This document shows, in pieces, positions 13,590 through 25,700 of a stretch of 64,000 bases of DNA (the first letter of the stretch is position 1; every line of letters starts with the position of its first letter). Under the pieces are notes generated by a model. The model ran no database searches. It saw only the letters and a program-made list of their open reading frames with translations, and was not told the DNA's origin. The position numbers were made by a program, and so were the translations under genes. This stretch comes from Octopus vulgaris (Eukaryota), in the NCBI GenBank assembly GCA_951406725.2, contig CATOCA020000001.1, positions 10,230,001-10,294,000 of the forward strand, in the 5' to 3' direction.

Positions 13590-14090
13590 ATTTTCAACAC
13601 TTAATTTATGCAATTATTTGACTGCGGCCATGGTAGAGCAATGCCTTTATTCGTGTAAATCCTCCCAGGACTTACACTTTGTAGGCCTAGTATTTAAACT
13701 ATCGGTCCCTTTTCCCGAACCGATAAGTTCGGGGACCTGTACACACCAACACCAGTTGTCCAACGATGTTGGAGAAATAAACAGACATACAAATATATAT
13801 ATATACATACATGTATTCCATGCCGCAGCAGCGCCTTTATTCGAGAAAATCGACCCCAGGTCTTATTTTTTATAGGCCTAGTATTTAATCTATCTTTCAC
13901 TTTTGACAAACAGCTAAGTTACAGGGACATGAACACTCCAGCACCGGTTATTAAGTGGTGTTAGAGGGATAACCAGATATACAAAGGTATATATATGTAT
14001 GTATGTATGTATGTACACACTGCCCAAGATGCCATGCACCCAGTGGGACTGAACCCGCAACCGTGTGGTTGGTAAGCAAGCTACTTCCCA
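13590..14090 (-). mobile_element. Two degenerate SINE family A copies
   Basis: ATTTGACTGCGGCCATG...TAGGCCTAGTA...CCGAACCG at 13615-13730, and CGACCCCAGG...CAGTGGGACTGAACCC...GGTAAGCAAGCTACTT at 13850-14087. Confidence 0.7.
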
Positions 14091-15149
14091 TTCAGACACT
14101 CCTGTTTGTTAACCTGACAACAAGTTCAAGGTTAGCTCTCATTGGTTGTATACAAAATGAGTTCATTAATGGGGTCCTGAACTGTCGCGGGGGAAAGAAA
14201 CTTTCGTGGCTGGGTCACATGAGACGATGCGACCACCTTAGATATGGGTGGACTGTGTTCACACAAGAACAAACACCGACACGTCCACACTCATGCACAT
14301 GCATACATGCAAAGACGCACACTGGTAGCTATTTATGCTTTAAATGTGTTCACCTTAGAACCGAAACATTATGAAGAAATTATATGAGTGTGTGGGTCAG
14401 CCAATATGTGTGTGTGAGTATGAGTGTGTGCTTTCATTCCTGTGTCTGTTTGCACCCGCTCATGTATGAGAAAGTGCTTCCAGTTCATTGCTTGAGCTTG
14501 TATACGTGTGTGTGTGTTTAACTGGGTTTTCATTTCCGTGTGTGTGATGTTTGTGCGTGTGTGATAGCGTGTGTGTGTGTGTGTGTATTTTCATTTCAAT
14601 GTTTGTGCGTATGTGTGTGTGACTCTTGTTATTTCTGTGACCGTCTGTGTGAACGACTGTGTATTTTTATTTGTTTGTGTCTGTGCGACTTCCCCAACTT
14701 ACTCCACTTTTACCACAAATGGTCATACCCCTGCCCTCCAAGAGCGACCCCTGCCTGATGCAGTTTATCCCCCATCCAGCAATTGTCCTGTTAGTCGCTC
14801 TGCCAGACTCGCAAAGACTAAAAGCCTGACGCACAACTGACACATTGCCCCTTGATCGTCACACCATCAATATTGATTAAGGGTCTCTCGCACTAATTAT
14901 TAAATTTTCGTTAATCATTTAATACATATTATCAGTCTTCTTTGCTTCCCTCACATGACTTGCGGAGGGAATAGGGGATTAGAACTAAACATACATATAT
15001 TATCATTTATTACATTACATTCAATTAGCCATACATTATTCGTTTCATTATTCAAATATTTTCCTTCACGTTTCAGGTATACCGAGGACCTTCTTTTTCA
15101 TTGCTTCAATTTGTGTACATAAAGTGTTTGTGAAAGCAAAGAGTTTTCA

Positions 15150-15826
15150 CACTTATTTACTGATGAGCTTCTTTTTATAGCTAAATCACTACCAGAACTA
15201 GAGAACAAATTTCGCGTACGGAAGCAAGGTCTAGAATTGAAAGGCCATAGAATTAACCTACCCAACCCTAACACAAAGTCTTAGTAAGTAGGAAAACAGA
15301 TAAATCGTAAAGCCCTTCAGGTACATGGCCATCCTCAATATGAAGGAAACAGGTAGGTAGATGTACTCTGTATAACACATAATAGGTGTAGCAATATCAG
15401 AGGAAGGTAAACTGGGAAAATATTTTTTGTATGTGGAAGGTGCACATGTACAGTAAACACTGAAAGTGTACAGAAAATGGGCTTCATCAAATACCAGAGG
15501 AGTACGATAAAGATTGTTGAGCAACAAAGTCAGTAGCAGAGGTGGATGAACCAAGAGTGAGGCTGCAAGAATAAAAATAGGCTGAGCAAATTCAGAGAGC
15601 TCCTTCCTCTGTTTGGTAACTAAGGGTCTCTCCTTCAGAGCAAAAGGCAGATATATTATGCCTGTGCAGACAGCTATGCTACATGGCAGTTAAACATTGG
15701 TTGTGACTGCAGAGAACATGTATAGGATTGGAGGAAATTAAGCTAGCATGCTTCACTGGATCTGCAATGTTAGTGTGCATGTACAACAAAATCTAAATGT
15801 TTTGAGAGAAAAGTTAGGCATAAGGA
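15150..15826 (+). mobile_element. Old degenerate RTE LINE ORF2 fragment
   Basis: Translates to LFTDELLFIAKSLPELENKFRVRKQGLELKGHRINL...FVCGRC...AKFRELLPL...TAMLHGS, homologous to ORF 27905-28996, with many stops and frameshifts. Confidence 0.8.
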
Positions 15827-17768
15827 ACCCTACTGAACACCTCTGAGGCATGATGGATGGGAAACTTCCTAAAAAGAAAAAGAAAGCATCCTTAAATCCA
15901 GATCTTTTGATATTACTGCAAGAAACTTGGCAAGAAAATCATGAAGAGAATATTCATCAGATCAGTAGCATGCCTGCTAGGGTCCTTATTAGATATTCAC
16001 ATTATAATAATTAATAAATAATTTAGATAAATTTTAACAATTATAAGGATGTCTATTTAATTCTGTCATGTCTATGTAGTTTTTGAAGCAAAACACAATG
16101 GAAACATTCGCAGGAAAATTAATATTAAGACCTTTTCAAAAATCTCTCTCAAGCTTTTCATGCACACTAAGATTTTATTGACATTCATTCAAATTCACTC
16201 ATTCCAACATGAACCAATTTTTTCCATCAAAAACTTAGTGATGTTTTCGCTTTCTCTAATTTGATCTACATCCTCTCCTGTTGAGGCTAACTTTGTTTCT
16301 CTTCCTTTCATGGCTGATAAAAAAAGTGCCAAGTAATAAGATCAATTTAATCAATTAACCACTTCCTCTAAAATTTGAGGCATTCCCCTGTTTTACAAAC
16401 AAACATAACCAATTAATCAAATGTCTTTGGAAAAATAAATTTGCATGTTAGGAAACAGGATAGCTTTCCTGTCATTCAAATATTGGTGAAATTTACAATA
16501 TACCATAATTTCAGCAATTCACATAGTCATATTGTAAGAGAGTTCATCATCATTTCACTAAAGATGCATACAGTAATATAGAAACTGATATTGCCAAATC
16601 AGCTTTCCATAGGAAAACTTTCATTAATTAAGAAATCTTAACCATAACCAATATTTTTTATGCTATTTCACCAATGAGCAACTAATAAGGCAGAGTTTAA
16701 ATCCATGCTTCCTTCTCCAGTTTATAATAAGCTTCTCAATCCATTCAAGCCTTTATTGAAAGGTCAATAATCCCAAACAGAAATTATGTGTGTGCTTGTG
16801 TGTGAGCGCTTGAGGAAGCGCATGTATATCTCTCTTGAGAACAATAGATTTCATAGGTGGTACCAGTTATCTCAATTCTAACTTTTGGTGGCTTGGAAGA
16901 GGTCCGGAGGGTCAAGCGACAAAGACATTATTCTGCTTATATAAGCACTCTGGTAAATGTAACTGCTGTCACTCACAGAAAAACTATTGTTTTAGCGTGA
17001 GAAAAGTGCTGTTGAACTGTTAAGTGAAATTTGGCGATCAACAATCAAATCCACGCAATGCCTGCATGAAACCACTTTATCACCTATGTCTATCCCTCTA
17101 TTCATAATTCTAACCCAGTGCTACTCAACCATTTCTCACCTATGAACCACCTTAATCCCTGTTTTACTCAGGACGGCTCTCATAGACAATCAGTGTTTTA
17201 AAAAATCATTAGTAGATTTTTATAATTGCATTTATTAATAATTGTAAAAAGCGCTACCGAAATATTTTGTATGTCACAGAAGTATAACCAATTTTATTAA
17301 CATAATTTTTCACAACAACCCATTTTATCAACCCACAAAGGTCATATGGACCTCATTTGAAAAGAACTGCTTTAATTACTCATCACCTAGCACAAACCAT
17401 TTCCCTCAGTGTTACTCCCCACTCAGTTGAAGTATCTTGTCTTGCAAGTTTCCTGGTAATTTTACTGCTAGTGACACATACAAAACACCCCGTACACACT
17501 ATAAAGTGTTTGGAATCAGGAATGATCGAAACCATGCCAAGGCAGACAATAGAGCTTAGCAGTGTTCTGACAGTAACCATTCCATACATTGTTTCTATAA
17601 CAAACGTGACATGCCGTTTGACATGAAAAGGGTCTGCCCTACCAACTTACTCTTCAACAAAAGAGTATGCATGCCCCCCTATGCTGACGCTGCTTTAGAA
17701 GCTAAGTTTACCCTTACTAAATCCAAACTCCTGTCAGCTTTCTCTAATTACACCCAAAGGCATAAACA

Positions 17769-18200
17769 GATCAGACTGGAATCTGGTTCGCCAAACCTCA
17801 GTCAAATCATCCAGCCCATGCCAGCATGGAAAGCAGACATTAAACGATGATGATGATATTTATATCTTGCCAAAGATATATATGTGTGTGTGTAAATATA
17901 TATACATATCATCATCATCGTTTAACGTCCGTTTTCCGTGCTAGCACAGCTTGGACGGTTCGACCGGGGTCTAGGAAGCCAGGAATCTGCAACAGGCTCC
18001 AGTCTGATCTGGCAGTGTTTCTACAGCAGGATGCCCTTCCTAACGCCAACCACTCTGTGAGTGTAGTGGGTGCTTTTTACATGTCAGGGCAGGCTGGCAG
18101 CAGCCACGATCGGTTAGTGCTTTTTACGTGCCACCGGCACAGAAGCCAGTCAGGGTGGTGCTGGCATCGCCCACATTCGGATGGTGCTTTTTACATACCA
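17769..18200. mobile_element. Tail-to-tail pair of RTE 3' ends (+ then -)
   Basis: A plus-strand CCCATGCCAGCATGGAAAGCAGACATTAAACGATGATGATGAT tail is followed by the minus-strand tail ATCATCATCATCGTTTAACGTCCGTTTTCC. The pair is duplicated at 19776-20243. Confidence 0.85.
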
Positions 18201-18368
18201 TATATATATATATATATATATATGTGTTTCTATATATATATATATATATATTTATGTTTGCATATATATATATTTGTGTGTTTTTATATATATATATATT
18301 TGTGTTTACATATATATATATACATATATATACATATACATGCATATATATATATATATACATATACA

Positions 18369-18452
<84 letters not shown>
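18200..18452. repeat. (TA)n/(GA)n microsatellite
   Basis: Read directly from the sequence. Confidence 0.9.
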
Positions 18453-18454
<2 letters not shown>

Positions 18455-18610
18455 TGCATATATGTTGTTACGGCACCACTCAGAATTCTAGCCCTTCCGA
18501 TTCCACCACGGACCCTAAGTCGCGACGATGACGCTCAGTAAACCGGAAATTCAAAAAGTGAAGGGGATGCATATATACATATGTATATGTACATACTTAC
18601 ATCTATACCT

Positions 18611-19320
18611 ATCATCATCATCGTTTAACGTCCGCTTTCCATGCTAGCATGGGTTGGACGGTTCAACTGGGGTCTGGCAAGCCCGAAGGCTGCACCAGGC
18701 CAGTCAGATCTGGCAGTGTTTCTACAGCTGGATGCCCTTCCTAACGCCAACCACTCCGAGAGTGTAGTGGGTGATTTTATGTGCCACCGACACAGGTGCC
18801 AGACGAGGCTGGCAGACGGCCACGCTCGGATGGTGTTTTTTATGTGCCACCGACACAGGTGCCAGACGAGGCTGGCAGACGGCCACGCTCGGATGGTGTT
18901 TGTTACGTGCCCTCAGCACGGAGGCCAGTCGATGCGGTACTGGCTACGGTCACGTTCGGATGGTTTTCTTATGTGCCACCGGCACTGGTACCACAAGGAT
19001 ACAAATTCCATTGATGTTCATCTATTTTGATTTGGTTTGATTTGATTTGATTTTCACTTGCCTCAACAGGTCTTCACAAGTGTCACAAGAAGGAAGGTAT
19101 GCACAGGTGGACTGACTATGTCCCAGGTAGGGGCCACGGGTTATGGCTTCACTAGTCTTGCCGGGTCTTCTCACGCACAGCATACTTCCATAGGTCTCGG
19201 TCTCTAGTCATTTCCATGGTGAGACCTAACGTCCGAAGGTCGTGCTTCACCACCTCGTCCCAGGTTTTCCTGGGTCTACCTCTTCCACGGGTTCCCTCAA
19301 CTGCTAGGGATTGGCATCCC
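18611..19320 (-). mobile_element. 5'-truncated RTE LINE (ORF2 end, 3' UTR and (GAT)n tail)
   Basis: The minus strand encodes ...[27 protein letters not shown]. The 3' UTR has 63-bp repeats (18779 and 18842), and the ATCATCATCATCGTTTAACG tail starts at 18611. Confidence 0.9.
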
Positions 19321-19324
19321 TATA

Positions 19325-19382
<58 letters not shown>

Positions 19383-19454
19383 TGTATATGTAGGCACAAG
19401 ACCTCACGAAACATGTGTGTGTATATATATATATATTTATATATATAGCCTTGA

Positions 19455-19860
19455 AATCAAAATCGATGACTGGCATCCGTGCTAGTGGAGCGCTAAGAGT
19501 ACCATATGAGCATCATCGTTGCCAGAGCAACAAGCTAGCATTCGTGCTGGTGGCACATAAAAGACACCGTTCGGCGTGATCATTACCTGCGTTCCCTTAC
19601 TAGCACTTGTGCTGGTGGCATGTGAACAAAACATTCGAGCGAGGTCATTGCCAGTGCCGCTGGCACATAAAAAGCACCATTTGAGCATAGCCGTTGTCGG
19701 TACTAACTGACTGGCCTTCATGCTGGTGGCACATAAAACCACCCACGGGCATCCAACTGCAGAAACTCTGCCAGATCAGACTGGAATCTGGTTTGCCAGA
19801 CCTCAGTCAAATCATCCAGCCCATGCCAGCATGGAAAGCAGACATTAAACAATGATGATA
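19455..19860 (+). mobile_element. RTE 3' UTR fragment with GGTGGCAC(A/G)TAAAAAGCACC repeats
   Basis: Same repeated core as 22300-22705, ending ACATTAAACAATGATGAT. Confidence 0.8.
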
Positions 19861-19875
19861 TTTATATCTAGCCAA

Positions 19876-19912
<37 letters not shown>

Positions 19913-20244
19913 TGTGTTTGTGTGTGTAAATATATATATATATATACATAGCAACATCATCGTTTAACGTCCGTTTTCCATGCTAGCACAGCTTGGACAG
20001 TCCGACTGGGGTCTATGAAGCCAGGAATCTGCAACAGGCTCCAGTCTGATCTGGCAGTGTTTCTACAGCACGATGCCCTTCCTAACGCCAACCACTTCGT
20101 GAGTGTAGTGGGTGCTTTTTATGGTCCAGGGCAAGCTGGCAGCGGCCACAATTGGTTAGTGCTTTTTACGTGTCACTGGCACAGAAGCCAGTCAGGGTGG
20201 TGCTGGCATCAGCCACATTCGGATGGTGCTTTTTACATGCCATA

Positions 20245-21276
20245 TCTTTATATATATATAAAACTGAGAATGTGTGTCTGTCTGTCTGTCTGTCTGTGTG
20301 TTTCCCTAAAACTTGAGAACTACACAACCAATTTCATTCAAATTTTACACATGCCTTACTTAGGGTCCATGTAGTTTCATAGGCAAAAAAGAATGTTCGA
20401 CTTCTTGCCTAGAGCGATCCCTTAGCAATATCATATCTTCTCCACTATTTCAGTATTACGTGTTAAAAGTGAAACAAAAACATTTCTCTATTTTATGTCA
20501 GATACTTTCACTTTAACAATAAAAATAATAATAACAATTGAATTATATGTAGTAAGTAATAATTAAAATCAAACTAAAGTATCATATAATCGTAACATAA
20601 CAAAAGTAAAAATAGTAATTGGTATCAAATTGCATCAATGACTTGAACTGGAATAAGTGGTTTCACATGAATGGGAATAAATTAAAAATAAAATTAGCGT
20701 GCAGAAATGGAATAGTCCAGATGGATAATAAAAAATTAAATTAAAGAAAAGACTATTGTCTATAAAGTATACAATGTAGAGAAAAAAGATTTGAACACAA
20801 GGAGGAAAGCACGTTCGAAAAGTGTCTTGGTGCAACTATGAAAAATATCTAATCAGAGGCAGTAAATTCGCCACAATAAAAGCAAGGTTCGAGTCAACGG
20901 AGTGTGCAAGGGAGTACCTGATTCGAACTTGCAAAGTGGAAATATTTTGTTTTTACTTTTATATCTGGGACGTAGGACGTCCCGGAAAAAATTTTTTAAT
21001 TTACTCTCCCACCCCAGAAGTAGAGGTAGGCTGGATTGTAGCCACACTTCTATACAAGAGGGAGGACAAGATACAATTGATCGAATTTACAAGAGACGGG
21101 CTAACAATTCCAGTCTGTTATATATTTTGAGTATTGTTATCACTAGCAATATCAAGATATAACTTTGTATTTTGTATTTTATGTGTAGATGTATATATAT
21201 AGATGTACATGTAATATGTACACATATATACATGCACAAGCACTATGACCCGGCAACGACGGGTCTTTAATGCTAG
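20245..21276 (+). mobile_element. Non-autonomous Helitron, both termini intact
   Basis: 5' A|TCTTTATATATATATAAAACTGAGAATG followed by (TCTG)n; 3' hairpin GACCCG-GCAACGA-CGGGTC (21247-21265), then CTAG|T at 21273-21277; no target-site duplication; paralogous empty site near 18200. Confidence 0.88.
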
Positions 21277-21566
21277 TATATATATATTTATGTGTTTTTA
21301 AATATATATATAATATGTGTTTGTATATATATATATATTTGCTGTCAACTTCAGTCGGAAAATGAATTCCAGCTAAGCAATTTTTTAACTTAATTGAGCC
21401 TGTATCTACCAGAAATATTTCTATGCAATTGATGATCTTTAGTTTCCCATGTTTTATCTCTATTTATGTTATGACATTTTCACTGTTACTCTGTTTATTT
21501 CAGCCTCGCCTCGTGTTATATATTATGTATAATTCATTAGTTCTTCTCAAATATATTGTTGTTTCT

Positions 21567-22705
21567 CAGGGAGAAAAACTAGAAATAGTTGATAGCTTCC
21601 GTTACCTAGGTGACCAAGTCAGTAGTGGGGGCGGGTGTGCTGAAAGTGTAACTGGTAGAGTAAGAATAGCCTGGGCAAAGTTAGAGAGCTTTTACCTCTG
21701 CTGGTGACAAAAGGCCTCTCGCTCAGAGTAAAAGGCAGACTGTATCATGCATGTGTACGAACAGCCAGGCTACATGGCAGTGAAACATGGGCCGTGACAG
21801 CTGAGAATATGCGTAAGCTCGCAAGAAATGAAGCCAGTATGCTCCAATGGATGTGTAATGTCAGTGTTCATACTCGACAGAGTGTAAGTACCTTGAGAGA
21901 AAAGTTGGACCTAAGAAGCATCAGTTGTGGTGTGCAAGAGAGACATTTGCGCTGGTATGATCATGTGACAAGAATGGATGAAGATAGTTGGGTGAAAAAG
22001 TGCCACACCCAAGCAGTTGAGGGAACCCATGGAAGAGGTAGACCCAGGGAAACCTGGGACGAGGTGGTGAAGCACGACCTTCGAACTTTAGGTTTCACCG
22101 AGACCTATGGAAGTATGATGTGCGTGAGAAGACCCGGCAGGACTAGTGAGACCATAACCCATGGCCTCTACCTGGGATGTAGCCGGTCCACTTATGCAAA
22201 CCTTTCCTTCTTGGGACACAAAACTCTACTTGTGAAGACCTGTTGAGGCAATTGAGAATCAGAATCAAAATCAAAATCGATCAACATCAATGGAAATTGT
22301 AGCTGTGATACCAGTATCGGTGGCATGTAAGAGAACCATCCGAACTGCTCCGACTGGCCTTCGTGCCGGTGGCATGTAAAAAGCACCATCCGATCGTGGC
22401 TGTTGCCAGCTTCCCCTGGCCTCCATGCTGGTGGCACGTAAAAAGCACCATCCAATCGTGGCCGTTTGCCAGCTTCCCCTGGCCTCCATGCCGGTGGCAC
22501 GTAAAAAGCACCATCCGATCGTGGCCGTTTGCCAGCCTCGTCTGGCACCTGTGCTGGTGGTACGTAAAAAGCACCCACTACACTCACGGAGTGGTTGGCG
22601 TTCAAAAATTGCCAGATCAGACTGGGCCTGGTGCAGCCTTCTGGCTTCCCAGTTGAATCGTCCAACCCTTGCTAGCATGGAAAGCGGACGCTAAACGATG
22701 ATGAT
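21567..22705 (+). mobile_element. RTE LINE 3' half (ORF2 C-terminus, frameshifted; 3' UTR; GAT tail)
   Basis: QGEKLEIVDSFRYLGDQV...LHGSETW...LRWYDHV.RM...[17 protein letters not shown]; 62-63-bp UTR repeats; CTAAACGATGATGAT end. Confidence 0.92.
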
Positions 22706-23197
22706 TTATCTGTAAAATCTTATTTAGCCTTAAGATATATCTTAAAAGATTTCAGTAACAAGCATAATCACAATGTCTAATCAATAAACTTTCAATATAT
22801 AGACTCCATTTTTAATTTTTCTAACATTTATTCTTTTTTCTTTGGGGAGAGTCAGGTGAGGCTGGTTGACTTTTTGTTTCCAGTGAATGTTAGACATATT
22901 TATTTTCATCATTGATAATAACAAATACAGAAAAAAAATAATGATAGCTAACAAACAAAAATGTCTGAAAAACATCTCCAATAATGATTCTACGTACAAC
23001 TGTCTTCTATTAAAATAAAAGAGTAATTCCTAGAAGCCTTGACAGTTTCTTGCTTATAAAATATTTGTGGATGTGTAGATATATTTGCATGTGTGTGTGT
23101 AGACAGACAGACAGATAGATAGATAAATGAACAGATAGACAGATTGGTTGATATGAGCGTGTGTACATGTACTGGAAATTCGAAATATAAGTTAAAT

Positions 23198-23348
23198 CAT
23201 CATCATCATCATCATCGTTTAACGTCCGTTTTCCGCGCTAGCACGGGTTGGACGGTTTCGACCGGGGTCTGGAGAGCTCGGGACTGCCCCAGGCTCCAGT
23301 CTAGTCTGGCAGTGTTTCTACAGCTGGATGCCCTTCCTAACGCCAACT
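23198..23348 (-). mobile_element. Short RTE 3' terminal fragment
   Basis: (CAT)6CGTTTAACGTCCGTTTTCC...GGATGCCCTTCCTAACGCCAAC. Confidence 0.85.
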
Positions 23349-23649
23349 AAAAATAAATGTTTCCAGCCATTTATGAAGTGTTATTATCACAGAATTAACT
23401 CTGGTTTTCAAAACTTAAAAATTAAGTCCATTCCCAACTATTTTCAATTATTATTTTCCATCATTATATTATTACATTCATAAAGACAGATATTTAACAT
23501 GTTCAAACATTCTTAGCCTAGCCTTTCTCCACAAGCATATTTTACCATTCTTCATAGAATAACTTTTTTTGCTTCCTATGAAAGGATTAGAGTTTTCAAA
23601 TTAAATTATAACTATTTCCTAAATTTTTTTGTTTACATACAATTTTTCT

Positions 23650-25027
23650 ATGTGGCGGAAGTTGTTCTCTCTGCATTTTTAGTGTTTATTGCTCCCGAGC
23701 ATCTGCCACATACAAAAACTATCTTCCCCGTTAGCCTTCCTTTGATATTACTGCACCTCTTATGTGTCCATAGTTTACACTGGGTACATCTTATAGAGCT
23801 TCTACCTACGCCTCTACTTCAGATCGAGCAGAGCCATCTACCTGAAGGGATTTGTGGTTTGCGTGCCTTCCTACTTATTAGGACTTTGATTTTAGCTAGG
23901 TTGATTTTAAGGCCCTTCGATTCTAATCCTTGTTTACACACTTGAAACTTCTCCTCCAGTTCTAATAGTGACTCAGCAATTAGAGCAAGGTCATCAGCAA
24001 AGAGGAGCTCCCAGGGGCATCCTGTCTTGAATTCCTCCGTTATTGCCTGCAGGACTATGATAGATAGGTAGGGGCTGAGGAGTGAACCTTGGTGGACCCC
24101 TACCTCTACCCTGAATTCTTCAGTGTACTCGTTGCCAACTCTCACCTTACTTACAGTGTCCCTGTACATGGCTCGCACAGCTCTCACTAACCATTCATCT
24201 ATCCCTAGTTTCCTCATTGACCACCAGATAAGGGATCGAGGGACCCTGTCAAAGGCTTTCTCCATGTCAACGAAAGCCAGGTACAGGGGCTTATCTTTGG
24301 CTAGGTATTTCTCCTGCAGCTTTCTTACCAGAAATATGGCATCAGTGGTGCTTTTTCCTGGCACAAAACCAAACTGCATCTCATCCAAGCTGACACTCTC
24401 CCTAATCAGTTGGGCTATGACCCTCTCCGTAACCTTCATTACCTGATCCAACAGCTTGATACCTCTGTAATTATTTATATCTAAAGCGTCACCTTTACCT
24501 TTGTAGCAGTTGATTATTATGCTGCTACACCAGTCATTGGGTATGACTCCTTCGTGTATCAACTGGTTAACTATACGGGTGACCAGGCTATAACCAACAC
24601 TGCCAGATATTTTGAGCATCTCTGCAGTAATTCCTGATGGGCCTGAGGCTTTTCCTGTCTTCATACTTCTAAATTACCTTATCTACCAAGGTACTGTCAA
24701 CTCGGATAGCTGGTCCCTCAGTTGGGTCGACATTCGGCAGACTCTCTTTCTCTCATTCATTGTCTTTATTCAGCAACCTTTCATAGTGGCGTCTCCAAAC
24801 CTCTCTCTTTGCAGCCACATTTAGCGCAAGTGAACCATTATCCATACGAACACATTTCTCTCCTACCACATCACGATTCTCTCTCACACACTGTCTTGCA
24901 ACACGAAATACCTCAAGCCTTTTGTCCTCACGGCGCAGAACATTGGCAAATTTTTTCTTATCTGCTTCTCCTCTGGCTAAATAAACCTGCCTCCTAGCTT
25001 CCCTTCTGGCAGTCTGACACACTTCAC
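23650..25027 (-). mobile_element. RTE LINE ORF2 middle part (RT core), disrupted
   Basis: ORFs 24753-25079 and 23819-24664 contain GKASGPSGITAEMLK, NYRGIKLL, QFGFVPGKSTTDAIF, AFVDMEKAFDRVP, GVHQGSLLSP and LFADD. A stop falls inside the zinc finger. Confidence 0.95.
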
Positions 25028-25156
25028 CCATATAGTTAATCAGGATGTATAGAAAGGTATTATACCCAATGACTGGCATAGCAGCATTGAAGTCAACTGT
25101 TATAGGAAGACAGACGTTAAATGATGTTGATATATTTTTTAGTAGACATAACTGAC

Positions 25157-25368
25157 TTCTACACGTCCTTCATGGATGATTCTATGATCCACAAAAACAG
25201 ATGAATTATATCCAAAATGCTAATGTTGCTGCTACCAAAAGGTATTGAGGACTTGATGCTTTTTGTTTCAGTAGAGTTGCCCTTCCAACTATAATCATCC
25301 TTATTTCTTTTAAATCTCTGAATTATCACCATTATCCCATTGCATGACATTTTGAGTCTATTGGGTAC
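25157..25368 (-). pseudogene. Possible decayed exon with weak AIG1/GIMAP GTPase-like resemblance
   Basis: Minus-strand acceptor TTTTATTCATTTTCCAG|G (exon starts at 25368) and donor-like GTCAGT after 25157. Frameshifted pieces DLKEIRMIIVGR, GN..LKQKA.KSSIPFGS and FGYN are seen by eye only. Confidence 0.25.
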
Positions 25369-25411
25369 CTGGAAAATGAATAAAACCAGTCGTGTGTATG
25401 TGTATATATAT

Positions 25412-25700
25412 GAGTGGCTGTGTGGTAAGTAGCTTGCTTACGAACCTTCCGGATTCTATCCCACTGCATGGTACCTTGTGAGTGGATTTGGTAGACGGAA
25501 ACTGAAGAAGACCGTCGTATATATATATATATATATATATATATGTGAGTGTGTGTATGTATATGTTTGCCCCCCCCCCCAACACCGCTTGGCAACCGAT
25601 GCTGTGTTTACGGCAAAAGAGACCGATAGAATAAGTACTAGGCTTACAAAGAATAAGTCCTGGGGTCGATTTGCTCGACTAAAGTCGGTGATCCAGCAAA
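25412..25700 (+). mobile_element. Internally deleted SINE family A
   Basis: GAGTGGCTGTGTGGTAAGTAGCTTGCTTAC head, then GGCAAAAGAGACCGATAGAATAAGTACTAGGCTTACAAAG and GTCGATTTGCTCGACTAAAG. Confidence 0.85.

Larger units (their letters stand above)
5743..14690. repeat. Mosaic of local direct and inverted duplications with a CA-rich degenerate minisatellite
   Basis: Module ATCTGAAGTC.C...AATAAATTGAAC...GTGTTTGTTGTAG starts at 5743, 6497, 10904 and 12284. Module GGGTC.CAT...TGGACTGTG.TCACAC starts at 7987, 8844 and 14212. CACAGAAATGAAAA(T/C)AC units lie at about 5860-6325, 6610-6750, 11010-11250, 12400-12890 and, inverted, at 14420-14690. Confidence 0.85.

Noticed and set aside
18500-18560. Penelope-type hammerhead remnant (CGATGAC...GGAAA)
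   Set aside because: The CTGANGA core is not intact and the flanking stems could not be paired.
23819-24664. Host-domesticated or active reverse transcriptase gene
   Set aside because: No endonuclease domain is present, the ORF is disrupted upstream and stops inside the zinc finger, so it is an ordinary dead RTE fragment.
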